Source: Malacoraja senta (Eukaryota). Taken from it: a DNA stretch of 64,000 nt. The notes below the pieces were generated by a model. It was not told the DNA's origin. It saw only the letters and a program-made list of their open reading frames with translations, and made no database searches. Made by a program: the position numbers and the translations under genes. Shown one piece after another: positions 1-12,407 of the stretch (positions within the stretch are counted from its first letter, which is position 1; every line of letters starts with the position of its first letter). The stretch is from NCBI GenBank assembly GCA_038087875.1, contig JAXLNO010000446.1, positions 186,001 to 250,000 on the forward strand, read 5' to 3'.

Positions 1-850
1 AACAAAATGGCGGAAACGCATACAGAAACATACCACCCCAATGTAGCGAGAAAGCATCCACCACTACTGCTCCAGGATCAGGTTCCCATGACACATACTT
101 AGGCAAACTGGTGGTTCAATCTTGATGCAAACAGATCAATTTCTGGCATTACAAATTGTGTGATAATTTGTGTGAATATTTTCCGATTTAACATCCATTC
201 TGTATTATCATTAAATTTACGTGATCTTTTGTCTGTAATTGTATTAAATTTACTTGGTAAATATATTGCTGACAGCCAAATTTTCCTGGCAATACACCAG
301 GTCCAAATTTCATTTGCCAATTTATCACATGATTCTGATTTTATACCACCCATGTGATTTATGTATGCTACAGCTGTAGTATTGTCAACCTGTACCTGAA
401 CATGCACATTTCCCATATCAGTGCAATAAGCTCTAAGGCCGTAAAATGCGCCTAATAGCTCTAGGTAATTGATTCCCAGATTTTCCAGCAAAGGTACTTC
501 ATTCACATTCCACCTACCTCCACAGCTGGAAATCATGTTAGTAGCGCCGCAACCCAGCGCACTTACATCAGTCTGTAGAGTGACGGAAGGTGTTTCTACC
601 AGAACTTTTCTGGAAGCATTAGAAACATTGTTAATCCACCATTCTATTTCTGTAATGCATTAAATTGTTAATTTCATGGGCCTGTCAAAATGCCCTCTAT
701 TCATTTTTAACGCTTGTACCTTAGCTCTCTGTAAACATTGATAATGCAATGGTCCAAACGTGACCGCTGGAAACCCTGCAATTAATTTGCCTAGCAAGCT
801 TGCCACTTCTCTAATTGAAGGTGTGTCCTCGTTAATGAGTTTTATGCAAC
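1..850 (-). pseudogene. DIRS RNase H and adenine-methyltransferase-like domain remnant
   Basis: ORF 99-536: INYLELLGAFYGL, VQVDNTTAVAYINHMGG, AIYLPSKFNTITDKRSR (RNase H), then PEIDLFASRLNHQF (DIRS MT-like). Interrupted by stops. Confidence 0.85.
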
Positions 851-856
851 CTTCAA

Positions 857-1775
857 TTAACTGCAGCTTTTATCTTTTGGCAAAGTGATTACCATGTGTT
901 CGGAGTTAATTGTGAACCCTAGGTAATCAATCTTTTTGCTTGGTAACAATTTAGATTTTTGTAGGTGAATAATGAAACCTAATTTCTCAAAAATGTATTT
1001 GACTCTGGATACTGACAATTTTGCAGCAGCCAAAGTGTCCCCTACAATGAGGATATCCTCTAAATAAGCCATTAATACATGGCCCTCAGCTCTTAACAGA
1101 ACTAAAATTGGTTTGAGCAATTTAGTGAATACTCTTGGTGCTGAAGTCAGACCATTGGGCAATGCTTTAAATTGCCATAACTGACTCATCCATCTAAATT
1201 TCAAATATCTTTGATCATTACCATGCATTGCCACGGAATAATATGCATCTTGCAGATCTATGCTTGCCATGTAGCAATTTTCTGTGATTAGCTGAATTGC
1301 ATTAGTAAATGTTTCCATTTTGAAATGTTTGTATTGTACATAAAGGTTAAGATTTGTCAGATCCAATATGATTCTACATCCACCATCCTTTTTTGTTCTT
1401 GGAAAAATATTTGATACAAACTGATGGTGTTGTTCTACTGACTTCTCTATTACCCCCTTTTTGGTTAAAGTTTCTAATTCTCCTTTGATCAACTTATTCT
1501 CTTCTTTTGAGAAAATTCGTGACCAGTTTGAATTTCCTTGCCTTGGAGGATCCAAATGTGGATAGAAACTCAATTTTGAATCCTACAATGCTATTTAGAA
1601 TAAATGAATCATTTCTTTTAGGAAGAATCGTAACCTTCCCCCTACTTGTGAATGTGAAACATTTATTGTATTCCTTACCAGACCAGGACCCCCTACCTCG
1701 GGGTTTTCCACCGGCAATTGTCCGCTTCTGGTAGGCACATTGTAACCTCCACGTATCCCCGGTGCAGCACGCCAA
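857..1775 (-). pseudogene. DIRS reverse transcriptase (frameshifted)
   Basis: KKDGGCRIILDL, SIDLQDAYYSV, LPNGLTSAPRVFTKL, YLEDIL, YLGF. The N-terminal VGGRLRFF lies in an adjacent frame. Confidence 0.92.
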
Positions 1776-3208
1776 CGTGTATACGAGAATGATCGGCTTG
1801 TTCCTTCTCCAGCACCAGTATTCCGCCTGTAGGGATACTGCCTTCGCACCGCTCTGCTCATCATCGGTGGTTTCATCATCATGCCACTCAAGGTTCTTGA
1901 CTCTTCATTCAAGTCCTTTTAGCTTCTTTGCTAGATTTTCTCCAAACAGCAGCTTAGGCATTTGTATGTTGGTTTGTTTGCAGAGCCCTGCATACTTAGG
2001 ATGAATATTTGGTTTTATTGCATTTTTATGAATATAATTTATTTCAAAATGTGCACCACACATCAGTGCTAGAGCATCTTGTTGTGAATCTGATACATAA
2101 TCATCATCCAAACCTCTGGCAAATGCCGTGATGCCTGACCCCAGCAATTTCAATACACGTTGCAATTTCAATTCTTGTGAGCGTAAACCAATGCTCAAAT
2201 AACCCCAAATCAAGTTATTTACTGCTGGAACTGTCAGCAATTCACAATTTGCTGGGGCCTCGTACTGTTTCATAGTCTCATCCATAGTTACTTCCTGGAG
2301 CTGATGGGAGAGTAGATAGTTTATAGTCATTGCTATTTCCTCCCTCAACGGTTCCCCCTTTATTCTAGGAACAGCAAACTTTTGTGCTAGTCCAGGAACT
2401 TTCAGCTCTGATAATGGGCTCTCATCCTTGTAGAATTCATCTTCTGAATGTAGATGTTCCTATTCAGGTTTGGTAAATTCTGGCTCCCCTGTTTCAGGTA
2501 AGTCTATGCCAGATTCCCCCTGCGCGGGCTCTCTTATCGGCCCACGGATAGGCTGCCCTGTTTCAGGTGCTGCTGGCGCTGGCTCAACTCTAGGCCAACG
2601 CTTCATAATTTTCCCTTTAGGAACTTTCGGTGCTGGCACATAAGTACGTTTGTACTGTCTTTTTTGAGACATTTCTGGTACTGGCTCTTCAGTAGGCCAG
2701 CACATATACTGCCTTTTTTCCCAGGCATTTCTGGCACTGGCTCTCCTGTAGGCCAACCACTGTAATACCTTTGCACAGTCATTTCTGATGGCTCTCCTGT
2801 AGGCCACCCTTGTGCCTGTCCCAACCAAGGCACACCCTGTGCTGTATCCTCCATTGGCCAACACCGACCTGATTCCTCCTGTGGGGGTTCTTTGTAAATC
2901 CCCATCAGGAGCTCTAAACTTGCGACCCTTGCAGCCATAACATTTTCTGCTGCAGGAGGGTATACCTCCGGGTCTGACTCTTCCGAGTCTTACAGGTCGG
3001 GCCGACTTTTGTCCAGCCTTGCGCCCCGCCGCCGGCGGTTTAACGGCACATTCGACCGTAACGGGAGTTGATGGCTTCGATGCCACTGCCTCCTCTTCCT
3101 GACGCCCGCTACCCTTAGCATCGGGGGTTTACCTGTGGTGCGTCCCTGGCCTCTCCTTCCCCTACGCTCTTCTCCATTCTGAGTTTGTGTGGACCTCTGC
3201 CAACACAT
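1595..3208 (-). pseudogene. DIRS ORF1 (gag-like), fragmented, with internal short tandem repeats
   Basis: ORF 1905-2348 (PANCELLTVPAVNNLIW...LLFGENL) lies between the 5' terminus and RT. Repeated GWPTGEP-type units at ~2680-2830. Confidence 0.7.
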
Positions 3209-3405
3209 TTGAGCGGCAAGAAAAGTGCCCTGTAAGTAAAAACGAAACCACTTACCTTGTCCGATTTTACTTTAAATTTGCTTTACTCACCGCTCCTGCT
3301 CCTCCACACACGGTCATGAACGCTATGCGATCTGATCGATAATGACGCGTGTGCGGCTGGACGGGGCTTCTTCACGTAGTCACTCACATGACTCCGAAGT
3401 AAAAT

Positions 3406-6400
3406 TTAGGATGTATACTAACACATTACAATTAATGAAAATGCTAATGATTTGTTTTGTTTTTTGATATATTAAGATATATTAAGATATATTAAGATGA
3501 AATGGCATGTAGTCACAAATGACATTGTATCTAGGGGGCTGAGCTCAATGTATAATTCCAACTACGGAGGTCAATCAATTTTTGGCCATCATAGATGGCA
3601 TCTTGTATTTAGGGTATCACCTTTTTGATACCTTAAACTCACTTTTTTTTTTGTATTCACTTTTATGTGGCTTATCTAATAATTTTTCTTTCTTTCTTCA
3701 CCATTTCTCAACACACTTTTTTCTTTTTCTTACGGAGGTTCAATATATGGAGGAGAGGTAAAATGACATCAGAAGTATGGGATGATACCCACATACCCAA
3801 AAGCCTGAGGTACTTAACTACACCACATGAAGCAAAATCAACAAAACCTATTAACAATGCAAGATAATAGGAAAAAAAAGAATGGAGGATTCACATTCTG
3901 TAGTTGGAATATTAGGGGTGCGAATGATCCAATTAAAAGGGGCAAGATTCTGGCCCAGTTAAAATCTTTAAATGTGGACATAGCTTTTCTGCAAGAAACT
4001 CATACGAAACTACAAACACAGATGAGACTATGGGCAAACTGGATAGGCCAAATTTATCACTCGTCATTTACTGCTAAAGCTAGAGGAACGGCTATTATTA
4101 TTCAGAAAGGTATACCATTTATATTAAAGAATACTATATCTAATAAAGAAGGAAGGTACACGATAGTGGCGGGAGAAATTTATTCTACACCACTGACTGA
4201 TAAATATTTATGCTCCAAATTTTGATAACCCCCAATTTTTAAAGAAAATTATGGATATAATAGATGAGTATAATTATCAAAATGTAATATTAGGGGGGGA
4301 CTTTAACGGTGTTATAGATTCATATTTAGACAAATCAATAAAATTAAGGAAGGGTAGCGTTAAATCCAAGTCTAGTGAATTCTTAAACACATATTAAAAA
4401 AACACTAATATAACAGATGTATGGAGAATAGTTAATCCAACTGGAAGGGAATACTCGTTTTACTCATCAGTACACAAAACTTATTCAAGAATTGATTATT
4501 TCTTAGTGGATACAAAATTAATACCATATACGATTGATCCTAAATATCACAATAGTATTATCTCTGATCACTCCCTGTTGACTTTTACTTTAAAACTTGA
4601 GGGAATGCCAGGTATAAAATACTTTTGGAGATTTAACACACAAATAGCTAATAACCCACAAGGTTACGAGTATTTAAAACAGCAAATTATTTATTTTTTT
4701 GACACAAACGAGACACCAGGTATTTCACCAACTTTATTATGGGAATCTTTTAAGGCATTCATCCGTGGAGTTATAATTTCATATCAAAGTTTTCAAAATA
4801 AAAAAAATAGGACAGAACAATGGACGTTAGAAAAGGAAATTAAAATATTAGAATTAGGTAATGCAAAAGACCCAACTATAGATAAACATAATAAGATTAC
4901 ATTATTGAAATTTAAACAATCGAATATTATCGGCAAGAGTAATAAGATTATTTCAGATCACAAAACAAGTACAGTTTGAATTTGGGGATAAACCACATAA
5001 ACTTCCAGCATGACAATTGAAGAAGCAAGAAAAGGAAAAAACTATTATTAAAATTAAATCAGAGAACGGGGAATTATTAACTTTACCTAAGGACATTAAT
5101 AAAAGGTTCGCTCAATTTTATCAAAATTTATATACATCTAAAACTAAAATAGAAGACAATAAAATTATACATTTTTTAGATAATTGTAATTTGCCAAAAT
5201 TGGATATCTTAGAACAAGAGGAATTAGGAGCTCAGATCACGTGAAGAAATAAGAGAATCAATAAAAGAACTGAAAAATGGGAAGATACTAGGGCCTGATG
5301 GTTTTAATAATGAATTTTATAAAAGATTTCAGGAGTTAATGGTCCCACGATTACTTAAATTATATACTTATGCTTTTACCGAAAATAAATTACCAGAAAC
5401 ATTAGCAGAATCTACAATTACGCTTATACCAAAAAAAGATAAATATTTAGAACATCCGGGCTCGTACAGAGCTATATCACTTTTAAATACAGATCAGAAA
5501 ATTTTAGCAAAGATTTTAGCAAGAAGATTGAGTAAATATATTAATAAATTGATAAACCCGGACCAAACGGGATTTATACCTAAAAGACAATCATTTAATA
5601 ATCTGAGATGAATTTTTAATATAATGTATTCACATAAAGTGGAAAAGGAAGACTTATCACTTATATCTTTGGATGCAGAGAAAGCATTTGATCAGGTAGA
5701 GTGGCAGTATTTATACATAGTACTCCAAAAATTTAATATGGGAGATAATTTTATTAGATGGGTAAAATTACTATATGATAAACCAATGGCAAGAATATTA
5801 ACTAATAATATGTTGTCCCCAAAATTCCAATTATCACGGGGCAATAGGCAGGGATGTGTTTTATCACCCCTGCTATTTGCCCTTATGATAGAGCCTTTGG
5901 CTGAAAGGATAAGAACACTTCCGAATATTCAGGGATATAATACAAAGGACTCTAATAACTAAATTTCATTATATGCAAATGATATACTTTTATATATTAG
6001 AAATTCACAAACGAGTATCCCGAATTTACTAAACGTAATAGAGGTATTCGGTTCTTTTTCTGGATATAGAATAAATTGGAATAAAAGTGAAATTATGTCA
6101 TTACAGCCCCAGAAAGCGAATCACCTATTAAAATTTCCATTTTAAATTGCAACGGAAAAATTTAAGTATTTGGGTATTCAAGTTACTAGAAGATATAAAT
6201 CATTATTTAACGCTAATTTTAGTCCTTTATTAAATAAATTGAACGCTCTGATTACATTTTGGAAAATGCTTCCATTATCATTAATTGGCAGAATAAATGC
6301 TATAAAAATGATAGTTCTACCACAAATAATATATTTATTTCAATCCATACCAATATATATACCAAAATATATATTTTTAAAACTAGACTCTAATATTACT

Positions 6401-7960
6401 AATTTTATTTGGGACTACAAAGCACATAGAATTAAAATAAATCATTTGTGTAACCCTAAAGATGTAGGGGGACTTGCACTGCCTAATTTTTTATATTATT
6501 ATTGGGCAGTGCATTTAAGAATATAATTTATTGGTTGGATTGTCCTTCTCAACAGGTGGAATGGATAAGAATGGAGAAAGAGGATTGTTCTCCGTACGAT
6601 TTAGGAGCGATCCTCTTCTCCCCGATAAAATTGAATAATACATTATATAAGAAGAATCCAATTATACACCATATTATTCGAATTTGGAAACAAATAAAAT
6701 TAACTTTAAAATTAAGAAACATCATCATTAACACCAATAGTGAATAATCCGGTATTCAAACCATCTTTTATGGATAAAACATATAGACAATGGGAAAGAT
6801 TGGGAATTAAAAAGGTGGGTGACATGTATGAAATGGGAAATTTATTATTATTTCAACAATTAAAATCAAAATTTAATCTGAATAACAACCAATACTTTAA
6901 ATATTTACAGATATGTGACTTTATAAAAAAATATATACCAAGATTGCAGAGCATAATGATAGACCCACTGGAAGAAGCAATGAATATTAAGGCGGACTCA
7001 CAAAAATTAATATCACATTTATATAATAGTATTCTTAACAGGGAATTGCCATCAACAGAGGCAATTAGAGAAGACTGGGAAAAAGAATTAATGACAAAAA
7101 TTTCTAAAGAAACATGGGAAAGGTATTTGATATATATACATAAATGTTCTATAAAACGCTAGACACAATTTAATTCAATTAAAAATATTACATAGATTAT
7201 ATTATTCAATAGTTAGGTTGAATAAATTGTATTCAAATATTTCTCCCATCTGTGATAAATGTCTTTCTCAAAACGCCAATATCACACACTCATTCGTTTC
7301 TTGCACAAAACTTCATGGATTTTGGTGTGATATATTTAATATATTCACTAGTTTATTTAAGATTAAAATGGAACCTAACATTGAAATGATTATCTTTGGA
7401 GTAATAGGAGATGGGAACAAATTAAATATATCCCAAATTTCATTTTTTAATTATGGTTTAATAACAGCAAAAAAACTCATACTTAAATTTTGGAAAAATG
7501 CTACTATACCAACACTCAAAATGTGGATTGGTAATATGTTGGAAACTGCCCACTTGGAAGAAATGAGACCCCTCCTAATAAACAAACAAGACCAATTCTT
7601 AACGAGTTGGTCTCCATTTATTGACTTTTTGGATTCATGTGGTGCAACAGTATCGTAAAATTAAAAATTCTGGGTTTGGTCGAAAAATGATCAAGAATAT
7701 AAAAAAGCATTGACTTGTGGCGAGGGAGAATCTCCTTTCTGCTTCACTTTCTTACTTATTTATTTTCTTTACTTCACATTCACCAGACTTTCCTTTACTC
7801 TTTACTACTTCTTTCTTTCTCATTTCTTTCTAAAAAAAAAAAAGGAATGTTGTACAAAAAATGTTATAATAACTTTGGGAACCTGTAAAAAGGTACCATC
7901 AAAATGTAATGTACTTACTTCTAATAAATAAAATATATATATTTTTTAATTAAAAAAAAA
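3406..7960 (+). mobile_element. L1/Tx1-clade LINE, ORF2 with stops and frameshifts, 3' UTR and poly(A)
   Basis: APE motifs (SWNIRG, FLQETH, GGDFN, SRIDY, SDH), RT motifs (YRAISLLNTDQK, SLDAEKAFD, GNRQGCVLSPLLF, YANDIL), C-terminal CDKC...H...C knuckle, AATAAA at ~7923 and A-rich tail to 7960. Confidence 0.93.
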
Positions 7961-8307
7961 GTAAAGTCATGGGAGAATTATGACTACCTAACATAATTCT
8001 CAGTGCCTTTCATGCGCAGTACATGTAATACGCGAACGTGTGTGCAGCTGACGTGCCGTCGACGCAGCTTCAAGCCGTCAATGACAAGGGGAGCTGAAGG
8101 CAGCTGAAATTCTGCCTTTGCAGCGTGGACTGTGTACTGCGCATGCGCAGCAGCCTGCTGTGCATGCGCAGTGCAAGTTTCTTGGTGGGTTTTTCAAACA
8201 TGTATTGTCATTATCTTAAGAGTATCTTAAGAAACAAAGAGAGAAGAATGGAATTCATGTTAAAATAATGTGGTAAGTAGATTTCTTTGAGCTATATGTT
8301 TTCCAGA

Positions 8308-8820
8308 GTGTGAGGAGTCTGGCCAGGGGTAAAGTTGCGGGAGGGCAGGAGCGTTGAGAAGGAGGGGGTCGGAGATCATGCCAGCAACCAGCTCAAGAGC
8401 GGGTCAGCGGGCAATGGATAACAGGACAGCGCGCGGTGGAGCTTACTCCATGTGCCAGTGCGAATAACCTCAATTGGTCCCTTGTTCGCGCTGACACAGG
8501 AGTATGCTCCACTGCCCGCTGTCCTGTTATCCATCGCCCGCTGACCCGCTCCGCTCTATGATCTTTGCTCTTGAGCTGGTCCCCTCACTGTTCAGACGGA
8601 GAGCACTGCCAGATGTGAGCGGGCCGGCAGAAGGCGCTGAGGTCCCGGCAGCCGCTCGCAGCCACCCAAGCTACTTCCCTCCCCGGCCACAATGCGGTGG
8701 CTCCACGCCCGGAGCACCGCGGCAGTGGTGAGTAAGTGAGTTACTGGCATGATCCCCAACCCCCTCCTTCTCAACGCTACTGCCCTCCCCGCAACTTTAC
8801 CCCTGGCCAGACTCCACACA
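8308..8820. repeat. Long imperfect palindrome (fold-back, MITE-like)
   Basis: 8308-8470 is the reverse complement of 8483-8550 + 8567-8580 + ~8744-8820 (e.g. ggccaggggtaaagttgcggg / cccgcaactttacccctggcc). Confidence 0.85.
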
Positions 8821-9287
8821 TGGTGTGAAAGGAACTCTCCCCCCAATTGGTCCCTTGAAACAGTATTATCATTCAATAAGATCACAACTGATTCAACTTG
8901 TCCCGGTGTGCTCCCGTTTTTCCCACCATCTCTCCACCTGCCGTCACCCTCCACCCCCCCAGTAATTCAGAATGAAGGAGATTTGGAAGCCTTGGGCAAA
9001 TTGAATTGTTACTTTCTTTATTTTTATTTTTTATTTTTACGGAGAGGAGAACAATCTGTGCATGCGTGGTTTAAGATTTTTTTTAAAGCCGACTGACTGC
9101 CTACCCTGAGTAATTACTCATGGCACATGCCTGCTACACAGGTAAGTAGGAGTGATCTTACGCAGACCAAAAAGAACAGATCTTTCAGTCGTTAATTCCC
9201 AGTTTAATTGGTTCTTGATTAAAGTAGGTACACAAAAATGCTGGAGAAACTCAGCTGGTGCAGCAGCATCTATGGAGCGAAGGAGAT

Positions 9288-9323
9288 AGGCAACGTTTCG
9301 GGCTGAAACCCTTCTTCAGACTG
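9288..9323 (-). ncRNA. Minimal type I hammerhead-ribozyme-like motif in the PLE pLTR
   Basis: Minus strand reads cagt-CTGAAGA-aGGGtttcagCCC-GAAAC-GTT-gcc: CUGANGA and GAAA boxes, short stem II, palindromic ACGT stem III, as known for PLE hammerheads. Stem I is weak. Confidence 0.6.
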
Positions 9324-9419
9324 ATGGGGGGTGGGGGGAGGCGGGGAGAAGAAAGGAAAAAGGAGGAGGAGGAGCCCGGGGGCTGAGGGAGAGGTAGGAA
9401 GGGGAGGAGACAGCAAGCG

Positions 9420-12070
9420 TTAACTGAATTGTGAGAATTCAATGTTCATCCCAAGAGGATGCAGACTACCCAAGCGGAATATGAGGTGCTGTTCCTCCAA
9501 TTTACGGTGTTGCTCACTCTGGCCATGGAGGAGGCCCAGGACAGAGAGGTCGGATATGGAATGGGAGGGGGAGTGTAAGTGCTGAGCCACCGGGAGGTCA
9601 GGTTGGTTAATGCGGACCGAGCGGAGGTGTTCGGCGAAACGATCGCCAAGCCTACGCTTGGTCTCACCGATGTAGATCAGCTGACATCTAGAGCAGCGGA
9701 TGCAATAGATGAGGTTGGAGGAGGTGCAGGTGAACCTCTGCCTCACCTGGAACGACTGCTTGGGTTCTTGAATGGAGTCGAGGGGGGAGGTAAAGCGACA
9801 AGTGTAGCATTTCGTGCCCGGGGAAGGGGTGGAGCGGGAGGGAAGGGAAGAATTGACAAGGGAGTTATGGAGGGAGCAGTCTTTGCGGAAGGCAAACGGG
9901 GGGAGATGGGAAGATGTGGCGAGTGGTGGGGTCACGTTGGAGGTGGCGAAACTGGCGGAGGACTATTTGTTGTATGTGCCGGCTGGTGGGGTGAAAAGTG
10001 AGGACCAGGGGGACTCTGCCCTTGTTGCGAGTGGGGGGATGGGGAGAAAGGGCAGTGTTGCGGGGTATGGCAGAGACCCTGGTGAGAGCCTCATCTATAG
10101 TGGGGGAGGGGAACCCACGTTCCCTGAAGAATGAGGACATTTGTGATGCCCTGGTGTGGAACACCTCATCCTGGGAGCAGATGCGGCGTAGACGGAGGTA
10201 TTGGGAATAGGGGATGGAGTCCTTACAGGAAGCAGGATGGGAGGAAGAGTAGTCAAGATAGCCGTGGGAGTCAGTGGGTTTATAGTGGATGTCGGTCAGA
10301 AGTCTATCACCTGCGATGGAGATAGTGAGGTTAAGGAATGGTAGGGAAGTGTCGGAAATGGTCCAGGTGTATTTGAGTGCCGGATGGAAGTTGTTGGTGA
10401 AGCGGATGAAGTCAGTCAGTTTTGTGTGGGTGCAGGTGGTGGCACCAAAACAGTCATCGATGTAGTGGAGGTAGAGGTCGGGGATGGGGCCCTGGTACAT
10501 ATTGAACAAGGATTGTTCTACGTACCCGTCAAAGAGGCAGGCGTAGCTGGGGCCCATGCGCATGCCCATAGCTACGCCTTGTATTTGGAGGAAATGGGAG
10601 GAGTCAAACGAGAAGTTATTGAGGGTAAGGACCAACTCCGCTAGGCGGAGGAGAGTATCAGTGGACGGGTATAGGTTGCTCCTCCGGTCGAGGAAGAACC
10701 GGAGGGCTTTGAGACTATCCTGGTGGGGGATGGAGGTGTAGAGTGACTGGACGTCCATGGTGAAGATGAGAGGATGGGGGCCTAGAGAATGGAATGCGCG
10801 GAGACGACGGAGAGTGTCTGAGGTGTCTTGAATATAGGTGGGGAGGGATTTAACCAAGGGGGATAGGATGGAGTCAAGGTAGGTGGAAATGAGTTCGGTG
10901 GGGCACGAACAGGCAGAGACAATGGGCCTGCCAGGACAGTCAGGTTTGTGGATTTTGGGGAGAAAATAAAATCGGGCCGTGCGGGGCTGGGGAACGATGA
11001 GGTTGGAGCCTCGGGGGTGCAGGGAGCCGGAGTTGATGAAGTCGGTGATGGTGCTGGAGATGGTGGCCTGGTGCTCGTCAGTGGGGTCATGGTCCAGGGG
11101 TAAGTAGGAGGAGGTGTCTGAGAGTTGGCGCGTGGCCTCAGCTTTGTAGAGATCGGCGCGCCAGACTACCACGGCACCTCCCTTGTCGGCAGGTTTGATA
11201 ACCCAATCTGGGTTGTTGCGGAGTGAGTCGATGGCTGTACGTTCAAGGGGGGGAGAGATGGGAGTGAGACAGGGGAGTGGAGAAGTTGAGGCGGTTGATG
11301 TCGCGACGGCAGTTTTGGATGAAAAGTTCTAAAGGCGGAAGGCCACGAGGGGGGGTCCACGAGGAGGGGGTACGTTGGAGACGGGAAAAGGGATCGTCAA
11401 TGGGGGGCGAGGACTCCTTCCCGTGGAAGAACGCTGTGAGGCGGAGGCGACGGTAGAAGAGCTCCAAGTCATGGTGGGCGCGGAACTCATTGAGGTGGGG
11501 ACGGAGGGAGACAAAGGTAAGACCTCTGCTGAGGACCAACCGTTCGGTGTCGGAGAGGGGAAGGTCGGAGGGGATGGTGAACACACGGCAGGGATGGGGG
11601 TTGGGGGCGGAGGAAGGCAGGTGAGTGGATTGAGGATGAGGCGATGTGTGGTGGGGGGGTAGAGGCTGGTCAGGGGGTGGAGGGGTATGGTGGCTGTAAT
11701 GTGGGTAGGGAAGAGCAGGGGTCACATAGTTTGAGGGGGATGGGGAAGACCCAGTGGAACAGCCACTGAGGTTACCAGGGTTGGGCAGACTAGCACTAAG
11801 ACCCAGTGTAGTCAAACCCAGAGGAGTGGGAATCTGCAGCGTGGAGGCTTCAGGCCCGGTGCAGAGTCCAGTTTGCTGGTAAGGCGACGGCTGCGGGCTG
11901 CTGGAGTGCGGTCGAGTGGCGAGGGTCGGCGGACCCGATGGCAGTAGTCTGCGAGCAGTAGAGTACGGGTCGGCGGGCGATGCGTGGGAGGTCCCGGTGG
12001 GCGGATGGTCGGTGGGGCGGCGCGGTTCGGCCAGCCCGGTGAGGTGAGTAGGCCACGGTGCGGCGGCCAT
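9420..12070 (-). pseudogene. PLE polyprotein (N-terminal region, RT, GIY-YIG), frameshifted
   Basis: ORFs 11243-12070 (LSDTERLVLSRGLTF...FYRRLRL), 9865-11172 and 9420-9935 in successive frames. Confidence 0.9.
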
Positions 12071-12250
12071 GTTCGGGGAGCCCCGGTCCGGCGGCGATAT
12101 TCGGCAGGCCCGATGTGACGGCGATATTCAGCAGGCCCAGTGCGACGGCGATGTTCAGTAGGCGCGGTCCGGCGGCGATGCTGGATGGGCCCGATACGAC
12201 GGCGATGTTAGGTGGGCCCGGTGCGGCGATGAGGTTAGGCGGTCCCGGAG
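12060..12250. repeat. GC-rich ~27-30 bp tandem repeat inside the PLE
   Basis: Recurrent ggcgatrtt...ggccc units, translated as repeated NIAV/NIAA in ORF 11850-12272. Confidence 0.7.
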
Positions 12251-12407
12251 GGCGGCGAGGTTCAGCGGTCACGTTGTGGTGGCGATAGGCGGAGGAATCC
12301 GGGAGGGGTGATATGCAGAGTTACCGGGCAGGCAGCGAGGCTGGGCGTCATCGGCAGGCCGTTGAAGGTTGGCGGCAGCATCGGCGTGGAGGTCGGCGAA
12401 GGCGGCG

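Larger units (their letters stand above)
1..3405 (-). mobile_element. DIRS1-like tyrosine-recombinase retrotransposon, 5' part (gag, RT, RNase H, start of methyltransferase-like domain); continues past window start
   Basis: Minus-strand ORFs with DIRS-type RT, RNase H and MT motifs. The terminus 3343-3405 (tgacgcgtgtgcggctggacggggcttcttcacgtagtcactcacatgactccgaagtaaaat) is homologous to the terminus of the second DIRS at 61230-61292. Confidence 0.93.

Noticed and set aside
8005..8175. TGCGCATGCGCA (NRF1-like) motifs as a host promoter
   Set aside because: No linked gene is seen, and such motifs are common in transposon subtermini.
9579..10741. Plus-strand ORFs over the PLE, and antisense ORFs over CR1 copies
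   Set aside because: Shadow frames of TE coding sequence.
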